A DNA stretch of 63,062 nt, filler included, from Reticulomyxa filosa (Eukaryota; Protista; Foraminifera), in NCBI GenBank assembly GCA_000512085.1. It is 23 parts of 23 records of this genome, joined end to end, with 100 filler letters (N's around TTAATTAATTAA, not from the genome) between each part and the next. Parts side by side here need not be neighbours in the genome. Positions count along the whole stretch, not along the records: positions 61,022 to 63,062 come from ASPP01043254.1; 22 more parts are not named here. The stretch is one strand, 5' to 3'. The stretch's first letter is position 1, and every line of letters starts with the position of its first letter. The notes under the pieces are model-generated. The model saw nothing but the letters and a program-made list of their open reading frames with translations. It was not told where the DNA came from and searched no databases. Of the stretch, positions 61,277 through 63,062 are shown piece after piece. The position numbers and the translations under genes were made by a program.

Positions 61277-63062
61277 AACACAAAAAGGACAAAAATACTA
61301 AAAAAATGAAAAGCAACAATGTCAAGGTGTAAACCAAATATAGAATGACAACACCAAAAATCCTCTACAATGATGGAAAGTAAAATTGTGAATGAATACA
61401 ACAAAAAAAATACTTTTTGATTGATTTTTGAGAGTCCATGTAAAACAAGTGGATGATCTTCACACAGATAAACACTTGACGAAGAATCAACTATAACGGT
61501 TTGTGTTTCGTAATTGCGGACTTTTTTGAATTGTTCAAATGTAAAATCCAGCCACATTGTTTCAAGCAATGAGAAATGACACTGCTCAAATTCCTCTTCA
61601 AGTTTTCAAGCAAAAAAACTTGGAAAAAGTTTTAACCTTTTAAAACTTTATTGACCCTTAGATAAGGCAAATAATATTTTCATTTAAAGAAAAGAGAATT
61701 TTATATTTATGATAGTTTCGTCGGATTTTTTAAGATTAAGATGATTTTAAGATTTAAAAACAAATATTTCAATATCATTGCATTTTGAAAGAGGGAACAG
61801 GAACGCCAATGAGCTAAAACAAAATAAAAAAACTTGCTGCATGTGTTTCTATTGCAAATGTTGAAAAATCTCATACCTCATCAAGTGTAGCAAATGAAAA
61901 TGAAAGACAAACAAAATGAAGAGTGTTAATGCGAAAAAGGTCAGCAGCCGATACTATAAACAAGTGAAGAGAAAACAGTACTCTTTTGAAATAAGGGGAC
62001 TATCTGAGCGATACTCTTTTCTACGTTGGTGGTATTAATCTCTTACTCTAATCCTTGCAAGAGATTTGCGCTTGTTGGGAATAAAAACAAGACAACAAAA
62101 ATGATGGCCAATCAGACAGTGGATTTAACACTTTTTATATTAGCGATCATGGGACAATCGCTAGAATAAACAGTATAATTTTTTTTTACAAAAAAACATA
62201 TCCAAAATATTTACACAAACAAAAATAAACTTACATTATCATATCTGAGGTCGCTGATTTTCTAAAAAATTTAACAATCTTTCTCCATACTAATAATTGC
62301 CATTTATGTTTTTTGAGAACAGAAAACAAAAATGTGAAAAACGATTAAACTCAAAATTCCTTGAAAAAATTTTACTCTGATTCTCTTTGCCTTTTTTCAT
62401 ACACCTCCGTCTCTCTTTACGTCTTTATGCTGAAATGCACACACAAGTAAGTATCAATGGATTGTTCAGGATCATTAAATAATTGTTTGGTAATGTCGCT
62501 TTAATTTTTCTTTCGTTGATCCAACTCTTCAGCAGGATTTTGTTTCCCTGTTTGATCGCCCATTATTTAACTTTGGCACACATTTGATCTGATGTTTTTA
62601 AAATAAAATAAAAAAATTGAGAAATAAACATCTCACTTCTAGTGTGAATGTTTTTTATTTTGGTTTGATTTTGTTTTTTTTTTCACTTTTTTGTTTAATT
62701 GATTTTTCTTTACAAGATGATAGTCAAAGTTTTAATAAAAAAAAACCATACAAAAACACGATTTTTTTTTTCACAAGACTATAATTTATTTAGTAATCGG
62801 TTTTTGAGTAAAGGTGACACAAAAAAACCCGGAAAAGCGTAGTGTGGAAAAAAAAAGGGATAGGTTTGAAAAAAAAAAGGATGGTATTTTGTTTGAGGTG
62901 GAGCAAGTGAGACAGCACGGAGAGATTGATGATGCAAAGGCGTTTGCGTTTCGTTTTGATTTGTATTGACAGGCTTATTGTCAGGAACTTTCCTTCGAAT
63001 GTTTCGAGCGTCAGGCAATATTTGTGTATTCCCCTGTAGAGAAAAACAAATACGAGCAAAAA

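Noticed and set aside
1-63062. Functional gene cluster, prophage or giant-virus insertion
   Set aside because: Genes are functionally unrelated intron-containing eukaryotic genes. No capsid, integrase, transposase or polymerase motifs were recognised, and contig adjacency across spacers is unverified.

Overview
AT-rich, intron-rich eukaryotic (protist) draft scaffold. It consists of 23 short contigs joined by 22 artificial 100-bp spacers (N44-TTAATTAATTAA-N44), so most genes are partial. The gene style suggests a rhizarian/foraminiferan such as Reticulomyxa filosa (inference): WD40 family with an 'IRILKIKLGW' leader, many CAP-Gly repeats, polyubiquitin starting M-S-M-Q-I, and abundant decayed gene fragments. 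Recognisable genes are a tandem CAP-Gly protein, aldose 1-epimerase with an extra N-terminal domain, a PUB-like protein, WD40, two EF-hand proteins, a probable VPS13/ATG2-type lipid-transfer protein, SIN3 C-terminus, ECH1 (PTS1 AKL), ASF1-like, CCDC81-like, an RNF213/mysterin-like AAA+ segment, MsrA with two micro-exons, mucolipin, a CSDE1-like cold-shock protein, an SLC35A transporter and an ankyrin fragment. The most unusual feature is a ~1.2-kb apparently non-coding dispersed element present three times (21164-22380 +, 45629-46277 +, 47965-49079 -). It keeps GC-rich hairpins with compensatory changes and a conserved series of ~60-nt GT-AG introns. Two copies also carry a Helitron-like hairpin+CTRR motif, and every copy abuts decayed gene fragments. 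Also notable are A-rich rather than pyrimidine-rich 3' splice sites and sharp G/purine-to-C/pyrimidine skew switches inside single exons. All assignments are by eye; no searches were run.
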